DNA of 60,076 bases, counting the filler, from Sphacelaria rigidula (lineage: Eukaryota), in the NCBI GenBank assembly GCA_964200075.2. It is 5 parts of 5 records of this genome, joined end to end, with 100 filler letters (N's around TTAATTAATTAA, not from the genome) between each part and the next. Parts side by side here need not be neighbours in the genome. Positions count along the whole stretch, not along the records: positions 24,073 to 36,007 come from CAXNAA020004317.1; positions 36,108 to 48,042 come from CAXNAA020004318.1; 3 more parts are not named here. One strand, 5' to 3'. A program made the position numbers and the translations under genes. The notes under the pieces were generated by a model. That model was not told the origin of the DNA. It ran no database searches and saw only the letters and a list, made by a program, of their open reading frames with translations. This document shows, piece after piece, positions 24,073 through 36,310 of the stretch; the first letter of the stretch is position 1, and every line of letters begins with the position of its first letter.

Positions 24073-24446
24073 CCAGGGTAGGTTCACGGGGTTGTTGAGG
24101 CTATGTCGATGTGTCCTCAACAGCTGGAACCCAAATGTCGGGAAGAATGAACCCCGCAGATGAAAATATGGTTGAAAATAGTTTTTATATTGTTTTATCC
24201 TCCTATATCTGGTCTGTGTACCATGCATTCACAAGTGGCATCAAAAGCGTCATATACGCCCTGCAGAATCAACGGATAAAACACCGTTCACGCACATTAA
24301 TATCAATCCGCAAATTACTATTTGTCAAGGGATTTCGAGCATATAGGTCACTAGGTGCACTTCCATCTTCTGCAGCATATACCCTGAGACTTGTATCGCA
24401 TCCCGACATGATCTCAAAAACAAAATTGAGAAAAAAAATAACTCAT

Positions 24447-24939
24447 GTACAACACAATATTCGTGAGATTCAGAGGGTAGTTTCAGATTCAGAGTGAGAC
24501 CCGAAACAATCGACTTTCCCGTCGATTTTGACATCGCCACAGTTCGAGGAGTANNNNNNNNNNCGAGGAGTAATGCGCCCAGCTGGTGAAGTGGTGGCTT
24601 TAATGAAAGGTGTCACTCACAAGATCAATTTGACACATCACTTAATCGCAACGACGTAGTCAGTCCATTGCAACAAAATATGCCCTCTTTCAGGAAAAAA
24701 CGATTAGTGTCTGAAACAGTTTCAGTGTTCCGAAGTGCCCCCCAACGCGTAAAAAAGCTTTGGGCGGTATCTCACCAACCAGACCGCCGAATTTCTCGAA
24801 TGGGGTACTGTACGGTAGCTGCATGCACAGCACGTGTGCTCAAGCAAAAAAAAAGAAAAAATGTTACCTGTTAGGAACGCTAGAGCATCCACTCTGAATC
24901 TGAAACTACCCTCTGAATCTCACGAATATAGAGTTGTAC
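24447..24939. mobile_element. MITE with a perfect 40-bp inverted repeat
   Basis: 24457-24496 ATATTCGTGAGATTCAGAGGGTAGTTTCAGATTCAGAGTG is the exact reverse complement of 24890-24929. The IR extends imperfectly 10 bp outward. The interior is non-coding with a 10-N gap. Confidence 0.88.
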
Positions 24940-25029
24940 GCTGTACGTGACATGGGTGGTTTACTGTGTCTATGTGCGACAATTACATCTTCTACAACCA
25001 CCATACGCTAAGTAATGGCCAGAGTGACC

Positions 25030-28000
25030 AGTGGCGATTTCGTAAATGATCGTCTTTGGTTGACAGGGATCACCGTCCAAGGGGGATCCAGATTGTGCGG
25101 GGCTGCAGTCGTCGATTTAAGAAGTAGTGCCGTCAGAATTATTTCTTTTTGTTCCTTCCGGGATACTTGATAGAGCCGTCGAACTCAAAATCGTCGCATT
25201 TTGGAGAGATTGAGATCGAGGAATTCCGCTCGAAAGAGGTGTACGTGATGGTGCGCGCACGTCCTTGAAGGCATGCCTACGGGGCTTTCTCTTTCGCCGT
25301 GGCAAAGGTCGGGGAACTTCCAAATCATTTGGGGATGAAACCACAACTGCGTCAGTTGCGTGGATGGGGTCAGCATCGGGGTATGACGGAGCGAAACTTG
25401 TGGGCTGCTTTCCGTAGGCAAGCTTGGCTGGTGGGGCATAGCCGAAGATATATCGGGGCGGTTGTTATTAGAACCGGCCGAAGGTAGGTCCGTGTGTGTT
25501 GAAAGTCGCGGGGAAGGAGCTCGTTCCAACTGATTGGGAATTACATGATCCGGTGTGGTCAAGTTCAAATCAGCAACACTTGGGTCAGCTGAAGAAGGCT
25601 TGCTACTACCTATGCGTGCGGTCGCCGAGGGAAGCCTTTGCCTCAGGGACTGACGGTTGGTTCTCCCACACCTCAGACTTATACTCGGCACTGAAGGGCC
25701 AAGTTTAAAGCCGGGTATAGGTCTGAGTCGCGGGGTGACAACTGTTACGCGGTGTGTGGAGGAGTGAAGACGGAGGTCGACATGAACGGCCGTCAGTTGC
25801 GCTCCTGCATAATGCCGGGAGAGCCGAGCAAACAATCTTAGTCGCGGGCTCTGCGTGCTGTGTTGAAAAGTGTGTGGAGGTTGGAGGCGGGAGCCATTTG
25901 AACGGCCGTCAGTTGCGCTCCTGAATAATGTCGGGGGAGTCTGGTGAGCAATCTTAGTCACGGACTCCGCGGGCTGTGTTGTAAAAAACTTCGATCGTGC
26001 TGTCGGCGGCGCGAAAGATTTTAGAACGCCGGCATCGGCACGTCGTGGATCTGTGCGATCCGTAGTGAAGGTACCAGGGTTTCTGGTGTTGGGATTCGAG
26101 CTTTGTGTCGGTCCCGTCCGCTGGTGTCTATCAGCGGAACGTTTGTGGTCGCGAGAATTTTTATCGTTCTGGCGAGGGCTTGCATTATGGTTGTTTGGTC
26201 GGCGATCGCGATTAGAGATTTTGTTGCCACATTGATTCGAATTTTTGCGGTAGGTTCGATTTGGTGGGCGATAGTCGCGCATGCGTTTTTGACATCGACG
26301 CCACGCGGGTTCATTGTCCTGCAATTCAGGGTTCATGAGATCAAAGGCATTGATGTATGAACTGTCGCAATCGCGCATACTGTGGCCTTGAACACTACGG
26401 TTGATGCAACTGTAAGCATGACTGCTGAAAGCATTGCGTCTCGCAGGAGGCGAAAGAAGTGGGTTCCATAAATGGGGATCATCTCTAATGAGTCCCGTTG
26501 TCGAAGTCAAATAAACATCATCCCAAGTTCCCTCGGAAAACGGCCAACCATCAAAACTCGCGCTGAATGCATCTCTGGTACTCTTAAGATGCATAACTGA
26601 ACCGGCGACCGAGTCGGGGGTCCATGAAGCGCGAGATGAGCTCGAATTTCTGCCGCAGGACCCGTGGGCATTAGCGGAGGACACAGCCGTAGGTTGTGAA
26701 CGCAGAGGCGAAGAAGGTTGCCACGTACGGCGGGCGTTATATTACCCTCGTGGTGTACAAAAGCAGACCACATAGCGTCAACGGAGGCGTAAGGCACCTC
26801 GCGATGCGCCGAGACACCCGGAAACAACGACGGCATTAGAGCCGGATACTGTCGAGCAACGCTATTGCGAACGTTAGTCTGACACATTTCGTCACTCGGT
26901 CCGTTTTGGCGTCCGACACCCGCAGTATCAGAGACCAAAAGCTTAAATGCACGGAGATAATCCGCGAAGGGGACATCCAATGCGACAGCAAAAGAACTCA
27001 GCCTCTGGATAGCACTTGCTTGGTCACTTTTATCAAAGTAACCTATTAGATACCTCTCCAACTCAGAGAGCAATACCGGGCCTGTCTTCCCCTTGGCACG
27101 ATCCGGATCCATTTCTGCGAGGAATCCATCGAGGATCTGCGATAAAGAAGCAGCGATGTCGGGAGAGCGGCCGCTGCTGGATCGATGTAATGTTTTATGC
27201 AAGGGAGTCTGCCAGCCCTCTACCCAATCGGAATCTTCGAAACGTTGGGTGCCAGTTGTATCCGCCAAGGAAGCATGTTACACACAGTGCAGTGAGTGGA
27301 TGTGATGAGGGCAGAAGTATTGTCCCGAATCTTCGTTATCCGCAGCAGGCATGTCTTTAATGTGCCAAAGCTTTTTCACATCCATCTGAATATACTGTCT
27401 CTGTATTGCAGCTACTCGGGCAGACTCGACTATATCGGAAGCTGATTTTTTACTAGCTTCGGAACGTTCGTTGTCAGCCGCAGCGGTGGCTGAAGCGCGG
27501 GCTGCAGACTAATGCCGAGATATCCCCCCCACAATAAGTGCACCGGCACCATCCAACGAACCGGCTGCGATCTCACTTTTGGGCTTGTTCGCAGCAACTT
27601 CGCCCACATGAGAGGCGTGTAGCAGTCCGAAATCAGCTATGACGCCCAAATCAGTCGCGTCGTGCAGCACAAAACCAGCTTCAACGGCAGTTATGATGAT
27701 CGCCTCCGTGCATATTTTTGGCCGGGTTTTTTGGGGGGCTATCTCGGCAGCAGTCTGGAGTAGAAGACAATGGACGGTCTGGTGTGTCCGTATCAGATAA
27801 ACCTAAAATGCGGCCCGAAACATCAGCCAATTTAGGGATCACTTGCCTTGGTGTCGCCGGACCCGATGGGGGCAGTTCTGTACCAGGCCGCTTCCAGCCT
27901 GTCGCGGAAGGTCCCTCGGGCGAAGCGGGCCGCGGGGGCTGCGAGCCGGGCGGTTCGGTCCGGAGCCGCCCGAGGAGGATCCTCCACCACCATGGCGGCG

Positions 28001-30664
28001 GCGTGAGCCTCCGCCATCGTTGTCGTCGTCATCCCGGCGGTGGCTCTTCTTGTGTCCCCGGCACTTGGCAGTTGCGGGGATCCATCCATCTTCATCTTCG
28101 TCATCGTTGGCGATGGTGGCGCCGGGATCCGGGTTGTAAGCCGCGCCTAGCGCCGCAAAAAGATCGGTGACAGCGCGAACGTAACGCTGGTGATCCGGGT
28201 GATCGCCGATAATCATTTTGAGGACCAGTCGGCCCAAGGTTAGTGCCGACACACCCTCGTCGAAGAAGAAGCCTCCCTGCTCCACGTAAACACTAATAGC
28301 ATAGAGCATGTGTTGCGAAATGAGATTCCAGGCTTCGCGGGAGCAGTGGGGGTGGTTGCTTCTGTGGAAGGGGCCGGTATGATCGGCCATGGAACGAGAA
28401 AGCCACACTCGTTCGTGCGGCGCCAGTGGCAGACCTGGCGTCAGGCGGGCATCGGCCGCCGAGCTAGGTGCACGAGGCGGGCGAGTCGGGGCCGTCGTGG
28501 GGACGGCAGCGGCTGCAGCATGCGACATCTTGTCGGTCTTACGTGGGATGACGTAAGTAGACGGATTGGTCGTTGGCTGGCCGGAAGAGCGACCACTGGG
28601 CGTGTTGCCGATGGACGGCGGAGAGGCCGGATGGTTTGAGAGGCGGGCCACCGACGTGGCCGCGTCATGAGCAGTTCGGCGGATATAATCCTCGAGGTCC
28701 TTAACGCGCTGCTGAGCCGCCAACGCAGCAGTGAGGCCTTCCTGCAGAGCACGTTGAGCCGCGGAGTTGGTAGTCTGAGCACGTGTAGCCTGGCGCTGGA
28801 GGTCTAGATGCTTGGCAGCGTATTCTTCGGCGAGGACGCGTGACGCGGCGGCGTCGGCCTCCCTTTGTTGCTCTAAGACGTCCTAGGCCAGCGCCGGTGC
28901 ATGTGAGGCATAATCGTTAATGAGTTGCACTTGTTCCGCACGGGGGCGGTCCCTGAATAGCCTCAACAGCAGCCCGGTAGGGCAATGTTCGTCCCCGAGC
29001 GGAGGTAGATCCTCCACAGATGGGGGCGAGCGCACGGGGGCATCCGCGACCGGACCAGTGATTGGGCCACTATCTGCATCAGTTCCGACCGTAGACGGGG
29101 CGGCAGCGGGTGTTGGAGCCGTCTTTGGGGCGGCAGAAAGCGCAGCGGCCAAGGTAGCAGCGACGGCAGCGGCGGTTGTGGCGGCAGCAGTAGCTGCAGT
29201 AGCGCTGGTGGTCTCCGTCGTGGTCTTGGCGGCTGCGGCAGTGGATCTTGAGGTCGCCATTGTTGATAGTTGTCGCTCAAGGTCTGCCAATCGTTGCTGA
29301 AGAGAACGAATAATCGCAGCGTCGGAGCGGGACAGTGGGTCGCGGTCATTGCGGGGTCGTCGGTTTCTCGATGAAGTGCGGCCGGATCCCTCAATTAAGT
29401 ATTCCAGAGCCGGTGATATGTCCGAAAATATACTTTGGATATCGTCAGCATGTACAGTATTGTCATTGCGTAAATGACGGCGGCGTGACGGATGCGGAGC
29501 AGGAGAGGTGCGCGCGGTTGCATGATAGCTGTTCTTCGAGCGCGAGGAAATGCGTAATGAACTTGATCTGTGCCGCGAATCATCCTCGTGAGTACGGTTG
29601 CGGTTCGCATTCACCGGGCGCTTCGGAGCGGGCGATGACTTGAAACTGTGTCGTGAACTACCGTCACATGTGCAACCATGAACGACATTCTTCGGGCGTG
29701 TGGGAACGCGCGATGAATTCAAGCTGTGCTGGGAGTTATCCTTGGAACTGCCAGCACGGGTGACGTGGTCGTGACCGACTGTCGGTGTGCTGCGCCGTTC
29801 AGGAGCGCGAGCAAGACTTCGGTTTGAAGTGGAGGAAGGGCTGGACTCGTGATCGTTGAATTTGTCATGAGAGACGAACGGAGGACGTGATGTCGCCGAT
29901 CGGGGGGCCAAACGTACGGGTTTGGGCGTGGCAGGTGCAGAATCATCGTTGAATTGTACGTGAGCAGACGCCGATTGGTCTTGGAGCGTGGCCTGGCATA
30001 TAGCCGGAAATGCCTCGATTAGAGCTGAGACTGGCGTGTGCGCCGACGCCGATGAAGTGCGATGCGTAGTCTGCAGGGCAGAATGCATGACCGTGATTGC
30101 TGATCCGACAGTGGACTGTGAAGCAGGACGCGTTGGACTGTCGAGAGTCGTGCGATTGGGTCCCGTAACGGAAGCAGCCCCCGTGAAAAAATCTCTTGCT
30201 CCAGAAGTGATACGCTTCGTCGGGACTGAGTTGTCTCGAGATTTTTCAACCGTCGTTCGACGGGATGCCACGGTTGAAGCAACCGTTACAGGGCCATGCT
30301 GGACACGTTTGTCCAGGGGCAACGACTCGGCTGGGGGCATAGTCCTGTCTTTTGATTCCACATTGGAATTCGGAAGAATAGGCCGCAGCGAGGAGGGTGC
30401 TACGGAATTCATCGTTATAGGTTCAGTGACATGTCTGTCAGGAGCCGATGACTCAGCCGGTGGCACCGTCCTGTTCTCTGAGTCCGAATCGGGACAGGAG
30501 AGAACAGGTCGTGGCGCCATAGTCGTGTCTTCAAGCCTCGGAGAACGAGCACCGCTTGAAGGTTGGTCTTGAGATCCCGGAGATCGATAAATTTCTAGCT
30601 GAGAGAAGTGCAGTAGACGGTAGGTAGTAGTGGGAGATGGGGGGCTTGGTTTGTTCCAGGACAA
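25030..30664 (-). mobile_element. Truncated Ty3/Gypsy copy, gag/ORF1 region only, related to 12046-23197
   Basis: Shared motifs include TGTQRFEDSDWVEGWQTPLHK, SAIQRLSSF..A.DVPFADYLR, FSASFDGWP, DDPHLWNPLLSP, CINRSVQGHSMRDC and DPCQPKTIIYEIA. Homology ends near 25030, before the protease. Confidence 0.9.
25783..25984. repeat. 116-bp-period tandem duplication within the second element
   Basis: TGAACGGCCGTCAGTTGCGCTCCTG starts at 25783 and 25899; the first element has a single copy. Confidence 0.9.
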
Positions 30665-31249
30665 ACGGAGCCGTCACCATCTCTACCATATACGAGTTCA
30701 CACTCGTACTTGACCACCTCTGAACAGATCTGCAGACTTAGAATGACTGCTGCCGAGATAGCCCCCCCCCCAAAACCGGCCAATCACGTGCACGGAGGCG
30801 ATGATCATAACTGCCGTTAAATCTGGTTTCGTGCTGCACGACGCGACTGATTAAGGCGTTATAGCTTATTTCGAACTGCTACACGCCTCTCATGGAAGTT
30901 ATGAGGGCGGTGGGCTCCGGTCAAGGACGCCCGATTGGAATACAACACCAACATACGAATGGAATAAGACCTACTGCACTTGCCACGTGTACTGCAAAAC
31001 GCCTACTACACATACAGTCGATATCCGCAGTAACACGAATACCGAAATACCATAAATGCAGATAGCCAGACTCGACAACGGGTCTGAAGCGGCTTGACAA
31101 AAGGCTAATATGCGTCTCCATGACATGTATGGGATTTTAACAGCAAAGGCTGCTCGAAAGACATCCTCGTTTTGCCCAATTTGGGATTTGGGAAAAACTT
31201 GGGCAATACGAGGATTTGTTTTAAACAGCCTTTACTGTGAAAATTCGAA

Positions 31250-31556
31250 ATATAGCAATGTTTTCCTGAGATTGAGAGTAGAGGATACGATTGAGAGTGA
31301 AAAACGATGACTAGTGACTGAATCGTTTCAGTTCCGAAATGCACCTCCGTGAGCCCTGATATGCTTTATTTAGTAGCTCGCCACTGATGCCCTTGATATC
31401 CCTGAGTAGGATATCGACGTGTAGCTGTAGGCACACGCTAGTGATGGAGACAAAGAAAAGCACACACGGAATGAAAAATTAGCGACGATAAAGCGAGTGA
31501 TCAAAGTCACTCTCAATCAGTATTCTACTCTCAATATCACGAAAACGTTGTTATAT
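31250..31556. mobile_element. MITE, CGTGAGATTGAGAGT-type TIR family, copy 1
   Basis: 31265-31299 is inversely repeated at 31508-31541. The interior matches 33114-33390 (27-nt identity CCTGAGTAGGATATCGACGTGTAGCTG at 31401 and 33262). Confidence 0.82.
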
Positions 31557-31999
31557 GCTGTAAAAAGTACGGGATTTTCACAGCACGAGTGCCTCCAGAA
31601 ACAATCCAGAGGATCTCGATATTGACCCAAACCCTCGAGGGAGACCCCAATGTTGAAAAGCCTCTAGAGGATTGAGAATGCCGACGATAAGGTCTGACCT
31701 TGTGCACGGTGGCTGTATTGGGACGCCCTCTACGATGTGCGCGCTTCCGAAGGTACCGCCTCATGTACCCTTCGGCGAGAGCACATTAGTGTCCACCTGC
31801 ACCCACCCAGTCAGTGGGGGAAATTATTATCATTTAGGTAACAATCTAGATGGCGGGATGCGTTTGTTTGTCATTTTTGTTGCCTGCGGTTTGGCTTCCG
31901 GTTTTTGTCGTACGGTGCACAGGAGACACCAGGATTTAGGAATTCTACTCGAGATGGAGAGGTGTGTGCAGACTGTCTCCATCTTTAGTCATATTTGAG

Positions 32000-32124
32000 G
32001 TATCTCAAACTCGAGATTCCCAGTATATTTCACAATAATATTTGCCGTCAAATATATCACCTCGAGCTTCCCCGTATATTTTACAATATTTGCAATCAAA
32101 TATATCCCCTCGAATTTGAGATAC
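32000..32124. mobile_element. 125-bp mini inverted-repeat element with an internal tandem duplication
   Basis: GTATCTCAAACTCGAG (32000-32015) and CTCGAATTTGAGATAC (32109-32124) form a 15/16 IR around two ~50-bp units CTCGAG.TTCCC.GTATATTT.ACAAT...TCAAATATATC. Confidence 0.75.
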
Positions 32125-32659
32125 GATACAGTACCTCTATTTTGTAGCATTTCGCGTCGCTTGGCATGTACACCTGCGGAGGAAAATTGATGACATTATT
32201 CCAGATTCACGAGGGGAGCAAAGTCAGTCTTACACAAGTCTCCCATAACATCGCCTGGCTGCATATTTACCCTGGGTAATTTCCAGGAACCGCCAAGTTT
32301 TCGCCGAACTTGTCTCAATCGTGCATATCAACAGTGGGTACAATCTCCCGACAGACAGTACAATGTCCCGACAGAAAAGCAAAAAAAACGCATCATTATC
32401 CTCTATCTTCTCACAGCATAATTATTGGTTACTTTTCTCACACTACTGCGCCGAGAGTTTGGTTCTATTCATCTCGTTTTCTTCCAAGTCAGGCAGCTGC
32501 ACGGGGCGTGTGGAACTACCCTGATGGAGGCCAAGAGCACAGTGAGTTCGTCGCGTTCTTCTCAGAAGTGCTTTGGTGTTTGCGTCCGTTGTTTCTGTGT
32601 GTTGGCCTGCGCTCGAACCTGCCCGCGCCATAATCATTAGGTGCATTATTTATTGTACG

Positions 32660-33107
32660 TCTGGGGATGATGCCTGCCTACCGGCAACGGTACTGCACTG
32701 CACTCATGCGTGGGTGCCTGTGCATTGATCCCACCCCGCCCTGTCTCCCCAACATATTTCAAGAGATATGTGCGCGCGGCGGTGGGAGTGTGAAGGGGGG
32801 CAAATCCCATGTTTGCTACTTTCCTACGCGCATGCATCTTGGGACCGGCCCCGTCACGCGCCACCCCCTGGTCACAGTAGTGGCGGGGTGTCTACAGAAG
32901 GAGCAAGACGGCTCTGGGTCTAGAGCTATTTAGCAATGATCATTTACTGGACAGAGGGCAATAGCAGCCCGCGAACATTTACCTGTCTTACGGTGTTGGT
33001 GGGGATGGGGGCATCGCCGGTGGTTTAACGATTCATTGTAGCAGGAGCTCTGGTCAGATGACTCAAGTCATGCGTGGGGATCCTTGCCATACGGACGCCG
33101 CGCATGA
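32660..33107 (+). repeat. Old interspersed repeat, copy 1 (possibly a decayed non-LTR retrotransposon 3' region)
   Basis: Colinear similarity to 33530-34318 (TGCCTGCCTACCGGCA, GCGCATGCATC..GGGACC, TGGACAGAGGGCAA, CGGTGTTGGTG, TGACTCAAG). The non-LTR origin is inference. Confidence 0.6.
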
Positions 33108-33113
33108 CATAGT

Positions 33114-33390
33114 TGTGAGATTGAGAGTCTAGGATGCGATTGAAGGTGAAGAGAGGTCAATCATTGAACAAAACAGTTTCAGTTCGGAAATGACCCTCCG
33201 GGCCTTAATACGAGGGGAGATGTGATTTCTGTAGTAGCTTGCCAATGAAGCCTTTGAAATACCTGAGTAGGATATCGACGTGTAGCTGCAAGCACACGAC
33301 AATGTTACAAGCAAATGAAAGCACACACAAGATAAAAAGTTGGTCCAGTTGTTAGAGGTGGACAATAAAACTCACTCTCAACTCTCGATC
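33114..33390. mobile_element. MITE, CGTGAGATTGAGAGT-type TIR family, copy 2 (more decayed)
   Basis: GTGAGATTGAGAGT at the left end and CACTCTCAACTCTC at the right end; interior homologous to 31250-31556. Confidence 0.75.
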
Positions 33391-33529
33391 AATGCTACAT
33401 AGGACTCGCAATTTCACCATCATTGTTGTGAAGTTTTTCCTGTGCTCAAAATTATTAGGCTCACAACTGCACTGCAGACTTTTCTTCTAGTGGCCCAGCG
33501 AGATATTTTACAATCACAAAAAGTGCTTC

Positions 33530-34318
33530 TGGGGATGGTGCCTGCCTACCGGCATCGGCCCTGCACGTACCACTCATGCATGGGTGCCTGTGAGTCGACC
33601 CCCCCGCCCCCCAGAGATTTCCAGATGTATGCGCTCGAGGGTGGCAGGGTGGGGGTCGGGGGGGATCACATGTTTGCACGCGTCGGACTGATCATTACCC
33701 GTCTGAAATAAGTAATAAAAGAGCACTCGCAGAGGCGTTGGTCCCAAAACACAACATCTGCGACCGGAGAGTCGGAAAAGCCAAGGCGCAACCTTTGCGC
33801 TACTCGGCGTGTTCCGCGTCCAGCGCTGTAGGGAGCAAACATGGAAAACGGGGGCCAAATGATCCGGATCATTATCCGGATCAGTACACTGAGAGAAGTC
33901 GTCTTCAGACGGGTCATGATCTGTCCCCCGTGTGCATGCTTGCTACCTCTCTATGCGCATGCATCCCGGGACCAGCCCGGTCACGCACCGCCACCTGGTC
34001 ATATTGGCGGACTGTCCACGGGAGAAGTGAAATGGTTGCACGGTACCGACTCTATCGGTTGTATTTTGGGTCCAGTATTCAACAACGATCATGCAGAGTA
34101 CAGCCACTGTGGCACAAGCAATAACAGACACAACAGGCGTAGATCAGGTTTTGAAACAGAAAAACGTTATTATTAGTGGACAGAGGGCAAGAGCAGTGCG
34201 TGAACACCTGCTTTCCGGTGTTGGTGAGGATGAGGATACCGCCGATGTTCTTCACGGTTGCAGCAGAGCTCTGACTCAAGCCGTCCGTAGGGTTCCTTGC
34301 TATATGGAGACCGCATGT
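33530..34318 (+). repeat. Old interspersed repeat, copy 2, interrupted by a ~260-bp insertion (about 33677-33937)
   Basis: Matches 32660-33107 on both sides of the insertion. Confidence 0.6.
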
Positions 34319-34531
34319 AGAAGTTATTCATCCGACTGATTTCAGGGTTGAGCACAAATAGTGCGCATATACTTGATCACATAACACATCGTAACTCTAA
34401 GCCGGGAGTCACCGCCCCTTTTCCATCCAGTTGCACAACAATGTGTGTACCGCAGGCGCCGTATACAGTCAAGAACCTCACAACCTCGGAAATGGAGGCA
34501 TGATGCGCTCAGCAGTCCAGCAGAGTGGCTC

Positions 34532-34813
34532 AGGCCGTGTCTTATCAAATTGTTTTCGACTCGAAAAAGTACGGTGGAATCGAATTTGCTCTAACCTGAA
34601 ACGTCTACGGCATCCATGTTCTCAACCATCTGAGAAAGTAAAGAGCGTGGGCGAATCAGAAACCAAGGAATTCGATTCGACCGCACGTTTTCGACACGAA
34701 AACAATTTGATGAGACACAGCCTCACTCAAGTTTTCGTCTCCAAAATTCGATGGTGAGGCCATGTCTTGTCATTCCTTTTTCTGTGTTGAAAACGTGCGG
34801 TGGAATCGAATTC
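34532..34813. repeat. Three ~58-bp units in alternating orientation (foldback)
   Basis: 34532-34586 forward, 34668-34726 reverse, 34754-34813 forward; consensus GAGGC..TGTCT..TCA...GAAAACGTGCGGT.GAATCGAATT. Confidence 0.8.
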
Positions 34814-36007
34814 GCCATGTCCGTGGCGTTTATGTTCTCGGATGGGTTCACGCCCACTATATAAGTATATGCGCGCGACCGGCAGGGTGAGAAACAGAAA
34901 AGCTTACGATCGTAGGCCGTGTCTTTTCGAGCAGAAAAAGACAAGCACGAGAAAAGTCCGGTGTTTGCGAAGACCGAATTCGGATCAGGACTTGGACTTC
35001 GTATTCCCCCGAAGTCCAAAGCCAGTCCAAATAAGTCCGATGGTTGCGTTTCGCTCGGCTTAATAGTAGTAGATGCTATTCTGAGAGACAGGGGGAGTTT
35101 GAAAGGGCTGGCCTGTCATTGGAAAGTGTTTGACGAATGCACAGTATCTACGGGCGAGCTCCTCCCATAGTGCGAGGGTCCTGCTCTCATACCCCCAGGG
35201 GGCGGTATACAGTAGTACACCGTGCATTTTTGGGGGTCGCCAAATGGCCGCGTGTGCAATCTCTAAAGAGCGACGGGGGCGGAGAGGGAGGTGGGGGGGA
35301 GCTCGGTACTTCACATCCAAGTATTTAGGCTGCCAGACGTGGTCAGAATCTGATAATGACGTTAATTCACGCCTCGAAAGTGTAGTACTGGAGTGGGAGC
35401 AAGAATTTCCAGTTAGTGTTGTCGATATTGTGTTACGAGTAAACCGCGAATGAGAAAGGTCGAACCAATCAATGTGATTACAGAATCACCAGTGCGGTGG
35501 CCAAGCTTTTGAGCGTCCTGGAGACCGCGCCGCACCCAATAGGGAAGAGTAGGAAATATCAGCTCACCCAATCAATTGCTTGTATACGTTGGGACATTCC
35601 TGCAGCTAATGAACGGCTTGCGGAGGACTTCGTGCTGCTTAAACAGGGGTTTTGCTCAATGTGTATTCTTTGTCTAAAGTGCCAAAAACTACGGGGATGA
35701 GGGAGCGGTGTGGCGAAACTGAATTACATCACCTCTTGACGTAGCTCAGAGAGGGCTATATATCGTTGTATCGCCGGTGCGTGGGGGCTCCACAGATTCT
35801 GGCAAGAGCAGTGGTGCATCGCAAACCTCCACATTTTCATGGACCCGGGGAACGTGCTACTAATGTGCGACGTGAACTAGGTTCCGTACTAGCTTGCTTG
35901 GTCAAGTTGCCGGTCGCTCTTTTGGTTATTTTTCTGTGTGGGCGCAGATGACCAAAAACCGACTCGGTTCAGCAGTTGCTTTTGCGAAAATGACAACACG
36001 ATACTTG

Positions 36008-36107
36008 NNNNNNNNNNNNNNNNNNNNNNNNNNNNNNNNNNNNNNNNNNNNTTAATTAATTAANNNNNNNNNNNNNNNNNNNNNNNNNNNNNNNNNNNNN
36101 NNNNNNN
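36008..36107. other. Artificial contig spacer
   Basis: Same structure, 11935 bp after the previous spacer. Confidence 0.97.
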
Positions 36108-36310
36108 GTGGGGAAAGCACTGTTTTAGGCTTGAGCCTCATCTCGAAGTTAAACCTCAATTCTCACAATTTGTTGTTAAACGGCGATATCGACCACAAGC
36201 AGACGCAATCGCGTATCTACGCAACGCACCCCAGACGTGGTCGAAAGGGGATTCGAAAGCGTTTTCTACGCAAAATCACACAGGGTAATGGCTTCGAGAT
36301 CTTAAATTGT

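Noticed and set aside
12046..30664. Two related Gypsy elements as a tandem or nested array
   Set aside because: They lie on different contigs separated by an artificial spacer.
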